Positions 1 through 10,068 of a stretch of DNA of 18,688 bases are shown piece after piece; within the stretch, counting starts at the first letter, position 1, and every line of letters begins with the position of its first letter. The stretch is from NCBI GenBank assembly GCA_046758745.1, contig JBHIAV010000052.1:1-18688 (forward strand). The letters are read 5' to 3'. A program made the translations under genes and the position numbers. Source of the stretch: Gemmatimonadota bacterium (GTDB taxonomy: Bacteria > Gemmatimonadota > Gemmatimonadetes > Palauibacterales > Palauibacteraceae). A model generated the notes under the pieces. The model was not told the origin of the DNA. It ran no database searches and worked only from the letters and a program-made list of their open reading frames with translations.

Positions 1-80
1 GCTGGAGGGGCTCACCTTCCTGCTCTCGTCGCAGGGGAGGAACGGCGGGTCGCTCCGGCAAGAGGAGTGAGCCTTCCGAT

Positions 81-1316
81 ATGCCCGGCAGAGACCCCGC
101 GGTACGGATTGACAGCGAGATCGGCCGTCTTCGTACGGTGCTGTACCACGCGCCGGGGCCCGAGCTCACGGTGGTCACCCCCGACAACCGCCGGGACTAC
201 CTGTTCGACGACCTCCTGGACCTCGAGCGATCCGTTCACGAGCACAGTCGCTTCCGAACCATTCTGGAGCGATTCGCCGAGGTGCACGACGTGGCGGATC
301 TGCTTCGCGACGTGCTGGAGATCGGGGAAGGCCGCGAGTACCTGCTTCAGGCGTCGGGTGATGCCATCCGCGCTCGGGCGGAGCGCGCGAGCCCTGAAGA
401 GATCGTCCGACTCTTCATCGAAGGGGAGGAGACGAGCGGCGGCACCCTGGCCGAGATGGTGAACGAGGCCGGGTACGCCCTGCCGCCCCTCCCGAACCTC
501 TTCTTCACGCGGGACTCGGCCGCCGTGATCGGTGAACGGGTGATGGTCGCGTCGATGAAGCACGAGGTGCGGTGGTCCGAGGAGCTCTTCATGCGGGCCC
601 TCTTCACCTATCACCCGCGGCTTTCCAACGCGGGCATCGTGTACGACGGTTCGGTGGAGCGCCGGCTGAACACGAGCATCGAGGGCGGCGATGTACACGT
701 GCTCCGGAGCGATCTTCTCCTCGTGGGTCTATCGGAACGCACGACCGCGGCGGGGATCGACGCCCTCACCCACGGGCTCTTCCGCTTCGATGGGATCCGC
801 GATGTCCTGGTGGTGGTGATGCCGCCACACCGCACGTCGATCCACCTGGACATGATCTTCACCATGATCGACCGTGAGCTCTGCTGCGTCTTTCCTCCGT
901 ATTTCATCGGTCCGGCGAGACTTCCCGTGCTGCATGTCCGGCGCGGCGAGACGGGGGTGCGCGAGATGCCCAACCTTTTCGCGGCGCTCACACGCCTCGG
1001 GCTTCCGCTCGAACCCGTTTTCTGTGGGGGGGAACGGCGCACCATGCAGGAGCGCGAGCAGTGGGGGAGCGGCTGCAACCTCTTTGCCGTCGGTCCGGGG
1101 CAACTCCTCGGGTACGACCGGAACGAGCACACGCTGGCGGCCCTGGAGAGAGACGGCGGGTTCAGGATCGTTTCGGGGGTCGACTTCCTGACGGGGGACG
1201 AAGAGGTCAGCGAGGGGGAGCGGTTCGTCATCGCGTTCGATGGGAGCGAGCTCGTGCGGGGTGGCGGGGGACCGCGGTGCATGACGCTGCCCGTGTTGCG
1301 AGAGGAGCCGGCGTGA
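81..1316 (+). CDS. arcA: arginine deiminase (amidinotransferase superfamily)
   Basis: 411 aa. The N-terminus (RIDSEIGRLRTVLYHAPGPEL...DYLFDD) resembles the arginine deiminase N-terminus. The C-terminal GGGPRCMTLPV matches the catalytic Cys motif of arginine deiminase. GGAG lies upstream of the ATG at 81. Confidence 0.75.
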   Translation: MPGRDPAVRIDSEIGRLRTVLYHAPGPELTVVTPDNRRDYLFDDLLDLERSVHEHSRFRTILERFAEVHDVADLLRDVLEIGEGREYLLQASGDAIRARAERASPEEIVRLFIEGEETSGGTLAEMVNEAGYALPPLPNLFFTRDSAAVIGERVMVASMKHEVRWSEELFMRALFTYHPRLSNAGIVYDGSVERRLNTSIEGGDVHVLRSDLLLVGLSERTTAAGIDALTHGLFRFDGIRDVLVVVMPPHRTSIHLDMIFTMIDRELCCVFPPYFIGPARLPVLHVRRGETGVREMPNLFAALTRLGLPLEPVFCGGERRTMQEREQWGSGCNLFAVGPGQLLGYDRNEHTLAALERDGGFRIVSGVDFLTGDEEVSEGERFVIAFDGSELVRGGGGPRCMTLPVLREEPA

Positions 1317-1327
1317 GTCTCCGGGGC

Positions 1328-2242
1328 ATGGACTTCTCCCCCGACTCCCCGCTCGTGGCGCGCGCCCTCAACCTGCTCGAGGCCGCTCCTTGCCCGACCG
1401 GCGCCTTGGCGAAAAGCGTCTTCGGCCTGACGAACGCGCCGCCGGGGCTGGCGGCGCGCCTCGTGTACGATCTCCTGGGGACTGACCGCCGCGTAGTGGT
1501 GAACGAGGAAGGGGTGTGGAGGCTCGCCTCGCCGGGGGACACCCGGATGGACGCTTCCCTCGCGGCGCTCGAGTACGCGGTGGTCGATGTAGAGACGACC
1601 GGGAGGTCGCCGGCCACTGGCGGCCGGATCATGGAGATCGCCTGCGTTCACGTGAGCCGCGGCGAGATCGTCGGCGAGTTCAGCTCCCTGGTGAACCCCC
1701 GGCGGCCGATCTCGCCCTGGGTGTCGCGCCTCACCGGCATCACGGACGCCATGGTGGCGACCGCCCCCCGGTTCGAGGAGCTCTGCGAGGCGCTGTGCGG
1801 ACGGCTGCGTGGCCGGGTGTTCGTGGCGCACAACGCGGCCTTCGACTGGAGCTTTCTCGCCACGGAGCTGCGGCTCGCACGCGCCCTCCTGCCGACGGGC
1901 CCGCGGCTGTGCACCGTCCGCCTGGCGAGGCGGGCCATCCCGGGCCTTCGGCGCCGCGGCCTCGATGCGCTGGCCCGGTACTACGGGGTGGAGATCCGGG
2001 GGAGGCATCGGGCGGTGGGAGATGCCCTCGCTACTGCGGCCGTTCTCCTCCGGCTGCTGAGGGAGGCCGACCGGAAGGGGGTGCGGAGCTGGGGCGAGCT
2101 ACAGAGATGGCTCGCCGGCCAGCGTCCCGGTATCGGGCAGCGACCCAGCGTACCGCCCGGCTGGCGGCCCGGCTCGTCACCCGTCGGGCGGCTCGACGGA
2201 GCGAGCGCGGAGGGTGATGCGGAAGGCGGCAGGTGCTCGTAG
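1328..2242 (+). CDS. DnaQ-like DEDDh 3'-5' exonuclease (DNA pol III epsilon-like) with an unrecognised ~85 aa N-terminal domain
   Basis: The Exo I motif YAVVDVETTG, the FVAHNAAFDWSFL motif and the HRAVGDALATAAV (Exo III, DEDDh) motif are all visible. The start is ambiguous: ATG at 1328, or GTG at 1313 overlapping the arcA stop. The N-terminal region (MDFSPDSPLVARALNLLEAAPCPTGALAKSVFG...) precedes the exonuclease core. Confidence 0.7.
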   Translation: MDFSPDSPLVARALNLLEAAPCPTGALAKSVFGLTNAPPGLAARLVYDLLGTDRRVVVNEEGVWRLASPGDTRMDASLAALEYAVVDVETTGRSPATGGRIMEIACVHVSRGEIVGEFSSLVNPRRPISPWVSRLTGITDAMVATAPRFEELCEALCGRLRGRVFVAHNAAFDWSFLATELRLARALLPTGPRLCTVRLARRAIPGLRRRGLDALARYYGVEIRGRHRAVGDALATAAVLLRLLREADRKGVRSWGELQRWLAGQRPGIGQRPSVPPGWRPGSSPVGRLDGASAEGDAEGGRCS

Positions 2243-3108
2243 CCGAGGGAAGCGGGAGGCGCGTTCACGTGGTGGAGGGTGGGCGGCTGCGCCTCGACGG
2301 GGGGGCGATGTTCGGCGTGGTTCCGAAGCCTCTGTGGAGCCGCCGCATCGCGCCGGATGAGAGGAACCGGATCCCCCTGGCCATGCGCTGCCTCCTTATC
2401 GAGACGGCGGAGGACCGGATCCTTGTCGACACCGGGCTCGGCAACAAGGAGAGCGAGAAGTTCCGTGACATCTACGGGGTGGAGAACGACGGCGCCCCCA
2501 CCCGCCTCGAGGACTCTCTCCGAGTTCTAGGCGTCGAGCCCGAAGGGGTGGACCTCGTGATCAACACCCACCTCCACTTCGATCATGCGGGTGGAAACAC
2601 GCGGCGCGCCGAGGACGGTTCGGTTCGAGCCTCCTTTCCCAACGCTCGGTACGTGATCCGCCGGGGCGAGTGGGACTTCGCGCGGGTGGACAACGAGCGC
2701 ATCCGAGCGAGCTACCTCCCGGACAACTTCGTCCTCCTGGCGGCGGAGGGCAGAATCGATTTCGTGGGCGAAGCGGAAGAGGAGGAGATCGTGCCCGGGG
2801 TGCGCGTGCTCCGCACTCCCGGCCACACTCCGCATCACCAATCCGTCCTGGTGGATGTTGGCGATCGGCAGGTCTGCTTCGTGGCGGACCTGGTGCCGAC
2901 CGTGGCACATCTCTCCTTGCCGTGGATAATGGGCTACGACGTCGAGCCTCTCGTCACCCTGGAGAGCAAACGCCGCCTGCTGGGCCGCGCGGCCGCGGAG
3001 GGGTGGCTCCTCGTCTTCGAGCATGATCCGGTGGTGGCGTGGGGGCGCGCCGTAGCACCGGAGAGGGGAGACGCCGGGTGCGGTCTGGCCGACGAAGTGC
3101 GGGTGTAG
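2233..3108 (+). CDS. MBL-fold metallo-hydrolase
   Basis: Metal-binding motif HLHFDHAGG (HxHxDH), a later TPGHTPHH, and LDGGAMFGVVPKPLW near the N-terminus. An alternative start is the GTG at 2269, with GGGAGG 10 nt upstream. The 5' end overlaps the stop of the upstream exonuclease gene. Confidence 0.7.
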   Translation: MLVAEGSGRRVHVVEGGRLRLDGGAMFGVVPKPLWSRRIAPDERNRIPLAMRCLLIETAEDRILVDTGLGNKESEKFRDIYGVENDGAPTRLEDSLRVLGVEPEGVDLVINTHLHFDHAGGNTRRAEDGSVRASFPNARYVIRRGEWDFARVDNERIRASYLPDNFVLLAAEGRIDFVGEAEEEEIVPGVRVLRTPGHTPHHQSVLVDVGDRQVCFVADLVPTVAHLSLPWIMGYDVEPLVTLESKRRLLGRAAAEGWLLVFEHDPVVAWGRAVAPERGDAGCGLADEVRV

Positions 3109-3277
3109 AACCGGTGTCCGGCGGGGCGCGGTGGCCCCTGGCTCCACTTGCTCATCCGCTTCGCCTCCCTCGAGGCCACGATTCCGCTTGTCCCGGTGAT
3201 TCGCCCGGCATAGTGTGCCGGTCCGGAGAGACGTGGGGCGTCGCGAAGCGGATCTGCTCAGGGACGGAGATAGATCG

Positions 3278-4489
3278 ATGAGGGACAGGGAACGGACGGC
3301 CGTCATCGTGGGTGCCGCACGGCTTCCCACCGGGAGGTTCCTCGGGGCGCTCTCCCCGCTCACGGCGCCCGAGCTCGGCGCGCGCTCCATAGCCGGGGCC
3401 ATCGGACGGGCCGGGGTGGATATGGATGAGGTGGAAGAGGTCATCATGGGGAACGTCGTACAGGCCGGCGTCGGCCAGGCGCCCGCCCGCCGAGCCGCGA
3501 TCCTAGGCGGCGTCCCGGAAAGCGTGCCGGCCGTCACGATCAACAAGGTGTGCGGTTCGGGGCTGAAGGCGGTGATGCTCGCCGCGCAGGCGGTTCGTGC
3601 GGGAGACAGCCGGGTGGTAGTGGCGGGCGGCATGGAGTCGATGTCCAATGTCCCCTACCTCCTCCGTGGCTACCGCGAGGGGGTTAAGTTCGGCGACCGC
3701 CAGATCGTGGACGGACTGATTCACGATGGACTGTGGTGCTCGTTCGGCGAGTGCCACATGGGCGGGCACGCCGAGTACACGGCATGGAAGGCCGGGATAG
3801 GGCGTGAAGAGCAGGACCGCTTCGCGCTGGAGAGTCACCGGCGGGCGATCCAGGCGATCGACGCGTGTGAGTTCTCGGCCGAGATCGTCCCCGTGGACGT
3901 GCCGGGCAGGAAAGGATCCGTGCGGGTGGATACGGACGAGCCGCCTCGTCGGGACACGTCGCTCGAGGCGCTCTCCAGCCTTGATCCTGCGTTCACGGGT
4001 GACGCGCCGCCGGAGGTGAGCGAGCCGTCGGTCACGGCGGGGAACGCTCCGGGGCTCAACGATGGGGCCGCCGCCACCGTCGTGACATCGCAAGCATATG
4101 CGGAGGCACACGGGCTGGACATCCTCGCGAGAATCAGCGCATATTCGGTGGGCGCGACGGCACCCAGAGACCTGTTCTTCGCACCCGTCGTCGCCGTGCG
4201 GCGCCTCATGGAGAAGGAAGGCACCTCCATAGGGGACTACGGGCTGATCGAGCTCAACGAGGCGTTCGCCGTCCAGGTGCTCGCCGACGCCCGCCAGCTT
4301 GGGATGGATCTCGATCGGGTCAATGTGCGCGGCGGCGCCATCGCGCTCGGCCACCCGATCGGAGCGTCGGGGGCGCGCATCCTGACGACCCTCCTGTACG
4401 CGATGCGGGATCGTGACGTGGAGAAGGGTATGGCGACGCTTTGCCTCGGAGGTGGAAACGCGGTGGCCATGAGCGTGGAGCGAGCATGA
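3278..4489 (+). CDS. acetyl-CoA C-acetyltransferase (thiolase II)
   Basis: Start [21 protein letters not shown]. Active-site region [11 protein letters not shown] with the Cys nucleophile. C-terminal catalytic motifs [21 protein letters not shown] and [10 protein letters not shown]. Confidence 0.85.
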   Translation: MRDRERTAVIVGAARLPTGRFLGALSPLTAPELGARSIAGAIGRAGVDMDEVEEVIMGNVVQAGVGQAPARRAAILGGVPESVPAVTINKVCGSGLKAVMLAAQAVRAGDSRVVVAGGMESMSNVPYLLRGYREGVKFGDRQIVDGLIHDGLWCSFGECHMGGHAEYTAWKAGIGREEQDRFALESHRRAIQAIDACEFSAEIVPVDVPGRKGSVRVDTDEPPRRDTSLEALSSLDPAFTGDAPPEVSEPSVTAGNAPGLNDGAAATVVTSQAYAEAHGLDILARISAYSVGATAPRDLFFAPVVAVRRLMEKEGTSIGDYGLIELNEAFAVQVLADARQLGMDLDRVNVRGGAIALGHPIGASGARILTTLLYAMRDRDVEKGMATLCLGGGNAVAMSVERA

Positions 4490-5073
4490 GCGGGCTGGTG
4501 GATGGGAAAGAGTCTGTGGCGATCGGGTCGCGGGCGGGCGCCGCCGGCTCGTCGGCCTGGCGGCGAGCGGCGGGCGCGGCCGGCTTCGCCCTGCTCACGG
4601 CGCTGGCGGCGCGCGTGGCCGTCCCGCTGCCCGGGACGCCGGTGCCGTTCACTCTCCAGGTGGTCGCCGTCCTTCTCTCCGGGTTCCTGCTCGGTCCGAG
4701 GCTCGGCGCAGCGAGTCAGGCGCTCTACCTCGCCCTGGGCATGGGCGGACTGCCCGTGTTCGCGGCCGGAGGGGGTGCAGCGTATTTGCTCGGTCCCACG
4801 GGCGGCTATCTGCTTGCCTTTCCAGCGGCCTCCGCGATCGCCGGCTGGTTCGCGTGGCGGCGTGGCGGCGCGGCGCTGCCGGCGATCGGCCTGGTTCTCG
4901 CCCTCGCCGCCATCCACGCCGGCGGGCTGGCGTGGCTCACGGTTCTCATGAATCCGCGCAGCGCCCTGGCGACGGGTGTCCTCCCGTTCCTCCCGGGCGA
5001 CCTGCTCAAGCTGCTGCTCGTCCTCCTCATCGGATCACGCTTTCGCGACCGCGCACTTCGGCTGCTCGGCTGA
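4486..5073 (+). CDS. bioY: biotin transporter BioY (ECF S-component)
   Basis: BioY-like core [45 protein letters not shown]...[13 protein letters not shown]. Multiple transmembrane helices. The ATG at 4486 overlaps the thiolase TGA as ATGA. Confidence 0.75.
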   Translation: MSGLVDGKESVAIGSRAGAAGSSAWRRAAGAAGFALLTALAARVAVPLPGTPVPFTLQVVAVLLSGFLLGPRLGAASQALYLALGMGGLPVFAAGGGAAYLLGPTGGYLLAFPAASAIAGWFAWRRGGAALPAIGLVLALAAIHAGGLAWLTVLMNPRSALATGVLPFLPGDLLKLLLVLLIGSRFRDRALRLLG

Positions 5074-5264
5074 GCGCGGTGGGCGGGAGATACGGGCCGC
5101 TGCTCCTCGCTGCTTCTCACCGCCTGGAACCGAGGGGCGAGACATCCGGTGCCGCCATCCGCCGATCATCCGCGTTCGGGCTCGCGTCTCCCATCTGGCC
5201 GGGTGGCGCGGCGAGCGGAAGCGAAGCTCCAGGACCCGGGTAAACTCACTGAAGAGGAGATCTG

Positions 5265-6140
5265 TTGGCGAACGCGTCCGAGATTCAGCGGGTCGGAGTC
5301 GTGGGAGCGGGAACGATGGGAAACGGCATCGCTCACGTTTTCGCCCTCATCGGTCTTCCGGTGCGCCTGGTGGATGTCGAGCCGTCGGCGCTGGAGCAGG
5401 CGAGCAAGACGATCGAGAAGAACCTGGCTCGTGAGCTTTCGAAGGGCCGCATCGAGGCGGCGGACGCCAGAGCCGCCCTCGCCCGGATCCAGACGTCCAC
5501 CGATCCGAGCGTCATGCAGGAGGTGGACGTGGTGGTGGAGGCGGTATCGGAGCGGCTCGACGTGAAGAGCGAGGTCTTCCGCCGGCTCAGCGGAATCTGC
5601 CGGCCGGATGCCGTTCTCGCCTCCAACACGAGCTCTATCTCCATCACCGCACTGGCCGCCTCCGTAGAGAACCCCGCCCGCTTCATCGGCATGCATTTCA
5701 TGAACCCCGTTCCTGTGATGCAGCTGGTGGAGGTGATCCGAGGGCTCGAGACGTCGGATGATGTGACCCGCATCGCGCTGGACCTGTGTGTCCGTCTGGG
5801 AAAGACGCCCGTCGAGGTGCGAGACTATCCGGGGTTCGTTTCCAATCGGATCCTCATGCCGATGATCAACGAGGCGGTGTTCTGCCTCATGGAGGGAGTC
5901 GCCGACGCGGAAGCGATCGATACGGTCATGAAGCTCGGCATGAATCACCCCATGGGACCTCTGGCCCTCGCGGACCTCATCGGACTCGATGTCTGCCTCG
6001 CCGTGTGCGAAGTACTCCATAACGATCTCGGTGACGACAAGTACCGACCGTGCCCGCTGCTTCGAAAGTACGTAGCGGCCGGGCGTCTCGGACGGAAGAC
6101 GGGTCGGGGGTTCTATCGGTACGATGGAGAGGCGGCTTGA
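5265..6140 (+). CDS. hbd: 3-hydroxybutyryl-CoA dehydrogenase (3-hydroxyacyl-CoA dehydrogenase, NAD-binding)
   Basis: Rossmann motif [22 protein letters not shown], and the C-terminal domain [19 protein letters not shown] start at 5265 with GAGGAG 6 nt upstream. Confidence 0.85.
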   Translation: MANASEIQRVGVVGAGTMGNGIAHVFALIGLPVRLVDVEPSALEQASKTIEKNLARELSKGRIEAADARAALARIQTSTDPSVMQEVDVVVEAVSERLDVKSEVFRRLSGICRPDAVLASNTSSISITALAASVENPARFIGMHFMNPVPVMQLVEVIRGLETSDDVTRIALDLCVRLGKTPVEVRDYPGFVSNRILMPMINEAVFCLMEGVADAEAIDTVMKLGMNHPMGPLALADLIGLDVCLAVCEVLHNDLGDDKYRPCPLLRKYVAAGRLGRKTGRGFYRYDGEAA

Positions 6141-6210
6141 GCGGTCGGGGGTCGGCCCGCGTCGACCGGGCTGCCAGCGGTTGCCCGTCAGGCCGTCGGG
6201 GAGGGTGCTG

Positions 6211-7398
6211 ATGCGTCGCTCGTACGGCGGCGTCGCCCTCTCGGAGGAGCAGCGCGAGATCTGCGAGCTGGCCCGGGAGTTCGCCAGAGACGAGCTGCGG
6301 CCTGGAGCGCAGGAACGGGACGAGAGGGAGAACAGCTTCGACCGCGCTCCCATCGACATGCTCGGCGAGCTGGGCTTTCTCGGCATGCTGATCCCGCCGG
6401 AGTACGACGGGCTCGGGCTGGACATATTGACCTACCTGTACGCTCTCGAGGAGATCGCCTGGGGCGACGCGTCGGTGGCCGTTTCCATGAGCGTCCACAA
6501 CTCGCTCCCGACGCAGATCCTCCTGCGCCGCGGGACCGAGGAGCAGAAGGAGAGATGGCTCAAGCCGATGGCGCGGGGAGAGCTCCTCGGGGCGTTCTCC
6601 CTTTCCGAGGCGGGATCCGGGAGCGACGCCGCCAGCCTGCAGACGCAAGCGGTGCGGGAGGATGATGGCTGGCGCATCAACGGGTCGAAGTTGTGGGTGA
6701 CCAACGGAGCCGCGGCGGACCTCGTCCTCCTTTTCGCCCGAACCGATCGTCCGAACGAGCGGCGGGGATCCCGAGGGATCGGTGCGTTCCTGGTCCCGAC
6801 CGACACGCCCGGGTACCGCCCCGGAAAGAAGGAGCGGAAGATGGGCCTACGGGGCTCCGAGACCGTCGCCGTCGCTCTCGAGGACATGCGCCTCGGTCCG
6901 GAGCACCTGATCGGTGAGCCCGACCGGGGATTCCGGTACGCCCTGGAGGCACTGGAGGGAGGCCGGCTCGGCATAGCCGCTCAGGCGATCGGCATCGCGG
7001 AGGCGGCCCTCGACCACTCCCTCGAATACGCGGCGGCACGGCGCCAGTTCGGGCAGCCGCTCAAGGACTTCCAGGGGATGCAGTTCAAGCTCGCAGAGAT
7101 GGCCACCCGACTGGAGGCGGCCCGCGGCTTGCTGTACAGAGCGGCGCAGGCGTACATGCACGACGAGCCCCGCAAGCGCAAGCTGTCCAGCATGGCCAAG
7201 CTGTACGCGAGCGAGGCCGCGATGTGGATCACGCGGGAGGCCGTGCAGGTGTTCGGAGGCTACGGGTACAGCAGGGAGTACCCGGTGGAGCGTCTGTTTC
7301 GCGACGCCAAGGTGACGGAGATTTACGAAGGAACGAGCGAGATTCACCGGATGATCATCTCTCGCGAACTTTATCTGGAGAGGGGGACGGAGCCGTGA
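6211..7398 (+). CDS. acyl-CoA dehydrogenase (short/branched-chain type)
   Basis: ACAD family features: GFLGMLIPPEYDGLGLD, FSLSEAGSGSDAASLQT, the C-terminal QVFGGYGYSREYPVERLFRDAKVTEIYEGTSEIHRMIISR with the catalytic Glu, and a YEGT motif. ATG at 6211 with GGGAGGG upstream. Confidence 0.85.
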   Translation: MRRSYGGVALSEEQREICELAREFARDELRPGAQERDERENSFDRAPIDMLGELGFLGMLIPPEYDGLGLDILTYLYALEEIAWGDASVAVSMSVHNSLPTQILLRRGTEEQKERWLKPMARGELLGAFSLSEAGSGSDAASLQTQAVREDDGWRINGSKLWVTNGAAADLVLLFARTDRPNERRGSRGIGAFLVPTDTPGYRPGKKERKMGLRGSETVAVALEDMRLGPEHLIGEPDRGFRYALEALEGGRLGIAAQAIGIAEAALDHSLEYAAARRQFGQPLKDFQGMQFKLAEMATRLEAARGLLYRAAQAYMHDEPRKRKLSSMAKLYASEAAMWITREAVQVFGGYGYSREYPVERLFRDAKVTEIYEGTSEIHRMIISRELYLERGTEP

Positions 7399-7442
7399 GC
7401 GACCATGCCACCCAGCTCCCAGAGCAGGTCAGACAGGTGGAG

Positions 7443-8510
7443 ATGCCGCGTACCTCCGAGCTCTTCGACCTGCTGTCGGAATACAACCATGAGCAGGTTG
7501 TCCTTTACCACGACCCGTCGTGTGGCTATCGAGGAATCATCGCCATCCACGACACCACGCTCGGGCCGGCGCTGGGGGGGACCCGCTTCTGGAGCTACAA
7601 CTCGGATCGCGACGCTCTGATCGATGTCCTCCGCCTGTCGCGCGGGATGACGTTCAAGGCGGCGGTGGCCGGCCTCAACCTGGGAGGCGGGAAGTCGGTG
7701 ATCATCGGGGACAGCAAGACTCGGGACCGTGAGATGCTGATGCGCGCGCATGGCCGCGCGGTCGAGAGCCTCGGGGGTCGGTATATCACCGCCGAGGACG
7801 TGGGTACCTCGGTGGAAGACATGGATTTCGTCCATATGGAGACGAATCACGTCGTCGGGATCGCGGGTCGCTCCGGGGACCCGTCTCCCGTCACCGCGTT
7901 CGGCGTGTATCGAGGGATCAAAGCGTGTGCCCTGAAGCGGTACGGCTCGGACGACCTCCGCAGGAAGGCGATCGCCGTTCAGGGTGCGGGGCACGTCGGC
8001 TTCGCGCTGTGCGAGGATCTGGCGGCCGAGGGCGCCAAGGTGTTCGTGAGCGACATCGACGCGGCGAAGATAGCGCGGGTGGTCGACGAGCTTGGTGCGG
8101 AGACGGTGGGCGTGGACGAGATCTACGACGTGGAGGCGGATGTGTTCGCTCCGTGCGCTCTGGGGGCGATCCTGAACGACGAGACCATCCCCCGGCTCCG
8201 CGTGCACATCGTCGCCGGGGCGGCGAACAACCAGCTGGCACGGTCAAGACATGCAGAGATGCTGCGTGATCGCGGCATCCTGTACGCCCCCGACTATGTG
8301 ATTAACGCCGGCGGCCTCATCAACGTCTACTCGGAGCTGGCAGGCTGGAGCCTAGAGCGCGCGAAGCGGAAAGCCGGGGAGATCTACAACACCCTGCTCC
8401 AGATCTTCGACCTCGCGGAAGGGTCCGGCATCACCAACGCGGAGGCGGCCGACGAAGTGGCACAGCGCCGGATCGACCGGGTCGCCCGCCTGCACCGAAG
8501 GCACGTCTGA
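7443..8510 (+). CDS. leucine dehydrogenase (Glu/Leu/Phe/Val dehydrogenase family)
   Basis: Matches Bacillus leucine dehydrogenase signature blocks: [65 protein letters not shown] and [14 protein letters not shown]. The length (~355 aa) fits LeuDH and not GluDH. An alternative in-frame GTG start lies at 7395. Confidence 0.85.
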   Translation: MPRTSELFDLLSEYNHEQVVLYHDPSCGYRGIIAIHDTTLGPALGGTRFWSYNSDRDALIDVLRLSRGMTFKAAVAGLNLGGGKSVIIGDSKTRDREMLMRAHGRAVESLGGRYITAEDVGTSVEDMDFVHMETNHVVGIAGRSGDPSPVTAFGVYRGIKACALKRYGSDDLRRKAIAVQGAGHVGFALCEDLAAEGAKVFVSDIDAAKIARVVDELGAETVGVDEIYDVEADVFAPCALGAILNDETIPRLRVHIVAGAANNQLARSRHAEMLRDRGILYAPDYVINAGGLINVYSELAGWSLERAKRKAGEIYNTLLQIFDLAEGSGITNAEAADEVAQRRIDRVARLHRRHV

Positions 8511-9835
8511 TGGTACTTCCGAAGCGGGGTGACCTGGCGGAGGTGGATCCCGAGATCCACCGGGCGATCGCGGCCGAAGCGCGGCGCCAGAGAGGCGGAG
8601 TGGAGCTCATCGCCAGCGAGAACTTCGTGTCGAGAGCCGTGCTGGACGCGCTTGGTTCCGTGCTGACGAACAAGTACGCGGAGGGATACCCTGGAAGGCG
8701 GTACTACGGGGGATGCGAGGTGGTGGACGAGGTGGAGAACCTCGCCACGCAGCGCGCGCTCGAGCTGTTCGGCGGCGACCACGCCAACGTGCAGCCGCAC
8801 AGTGGCGCCCAGGCGAACATGGCCGCGTATTTTACGCTGTTGAGGCCGGGGGACACCATCCTCGGAATGGACCTTGCGCACGGCGGACACCTCACGCATG
8901 GCTCTCCGGTGAACTTCAGCGGCCAGCTGTATCGCGTCGTGTCGTACGGTGTCCGAGCCTCCGACCACCGGGTCGACTTCGATGCGTTGGCCAGGCTCGC
9001 CCGCGAGGAGCGGCCGGCCGTCATCGTGGCCGGGGCGAGCGCCTATCCTCGCACGCTCCACTTCGAGCGCTTCGCCGAGATCGCGGCCGATTGCGGCGCT
9101 CGGCTGCTGGTGGACATGGCGCACGTCGCCGGGCTGGTAGCGGCCGGAGTGCACCCCTCTCCCATCCCGGTGGCCGATGTGGTCACGACGACGACCCACA
9201 AGACTCTGCGCGGTCCACGGGGCGGACTGATCATCTGTCGGGAGGAGCACGCGCGGGCCATCGACAAGACCGTGTTTCCCGGCATGCAGGGCGGGCCTAT
9301 GATGCACGTCATCGCGGCGAAGGCCGTGGCGCTGCGCGAGGCCCTGAGCGAGTCCTTCCGTCGGTATGCCGCGCGAGTGCTGGAGAACGCGCGCACGCTG
9401 GCACAACTTCTGATGGAGCGCGGCTATCGGCTGGTGGGTGGCGGCACCGATACGCACCTTCTCCTGGTGGATCTTCGGAACACCGAGCTCTCGGGCAAGG
9501 ACGCGGAAGCGCTTCTGGGTCGGGCCGGCATCACCGTGAACAAGAACACCGTGCCGTTCGAGACGCGCTCGCCGTTCATCACCTCGGGGATCCGGATGGG
9601 AACGCCGGCCGTCACCACGCGCGGCATGGGAACGGAGGAGATGCGTGCGGTGGGAGACATGATCGACCGCGTCCTGCGATCCGGTGGGGAGGAGGTGGTG
9701 CTGGAGGCGGTGCGTGGCGAGGCCAGCGAGCTGGCGGAGGGCTTCCCCGTCGTGTGGGCCGCCGGCAACGGCTTCATCGATGCCGAGGACTCGCCGGGGA
9801 GTGCGAAGCACCGGAGCGAAGCCTCGCCCGCCTGA
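8510..9835 (+). CDS. glyA: serine hydroxymethyltransferase
   Basis: [39 protein letters not shown], the PLP-lysine region [16 protein letters not shown], and [10 protein letters not shown]. The ATG overlaps the leuDH stop as TGATG. There is a C-terminal extension of about 25 aa. Confidence 0.9.
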   Translation: MVLPKRGDLAEVDPEIHRAIAAEARRQRGGVELIASENFVSRAVLDALGSVLTNKYAEGYPGRRYYGGCEVVDEVENLATQRALELFGGDHANVQPHSGAQANMAAYFTLLRPGDTILGMDLAHGGHLTHGSPVNFSGQLYRVVSYGVRASDHRVDFDALARLAREERPAVIVAGASAYPRTLHFERFAEIAADCGARLLVDMAHVAGLVAAGVHPSPIPVADVVTTTTHKTLRGPRGGLIICREEHARAIDKTVFPGMQGGPMMHVIAAKAVALREALSESFRRYAARVLENARTLAQLLMERGYRLVGGGTDTHLLLVDLRNTELSGKDAEALLGRAGITVNKNTVPFETRSPFITSGIRMGTPAVTTRGMGTEEMRAVGDMIDRVLRSGGEEVVLEAVRGEASELAEGFPVVWAAGNGFIDAEDSPGSAKHRSEASPA

Positions 9836-9838
9836 TCG

Positions 9839-9902
9839 TCGCCTGCCGACCGGAGCAGCGGGGGAGCCACGACGGAGCCACCCGAGTGGGGTCGGCAGGC
9901 GG
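9839..9902 (+). terminator. long imperfect stem-loop 4 nt after the glyA stop; candidate U-tract-less terminator or RNA element
   Basis: A perfect 11-bp inverted repeat gcctgccgacc (9841-9851) / ggtcggcaggc (9890-9900), extendable by 2 pairs, around a 38-nt loop. The loop carries a GGAGCCAC direct repeat. No T-run follows. Confidence 0.35.
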
Positions 9903-9933
9903 AGAGGCCTTGTCGCGTTCGCATGAGCGGCAC

Positions 9934-9963
9934 TTGACGCGCTTTTTCGGGCATTTCTACATT
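9934..9963 (+). promoter_or_regulatory. candidate sigma70-like promoter for the 10069 small gene
   Basis: TTGACG (9934-9939), then an ~18-nt AT-richer spacer, then TACATT (9958-9963). This is the most AT-rich stretch in the 9836-10068 intergenic region. Confidence 0.25.
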
Positions 9964-10068
9964 TCCGGGCCTGCTCGGGCCGCGGTCCGCAGGCGGCAGC
10001 GAGCGCGCCGGCCGCAGTGGACGGCCAATGGCGTCCGGGGCCATGGGAGAGGAGGAGGCTGGTCAGGG

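Noticed and set aside
611-2008. 465-aa minus-strand ORF, plus similar long minus-strand ORFs at 2527-3648, 5166-6425, 8384-10195 and 11074-12774
   Set aside because: Each is antisense to a + strand gene with clear, motif-level homology (arcA/exonuclease, MBL/thiolase, hbd/acd, glyA, nnr). Their translations are Arg/Pro/Gly-rich low-complexity sequence, typical of antisense frames in ~70% GC DNA.
3188-3216. TTGTCC-N17-TAGTGT as the thiolase promoter, and TAAACT at 5241-5246 as an hbd promoter
   Set aside because: Matches to the sigma70 consensus are weak (3-4 of 6 in the -10). The promoter consensus of this lineage is unknown, so these are too speculative to list as features.
8400-8520. Possible ZTP/glycine-type riboswitch upstream of glyA
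   Set aside because: glyA begins with an ATG that overlaps the leuDH stop (TGATG). There is no leader sequence in which a riboswitch could reside.
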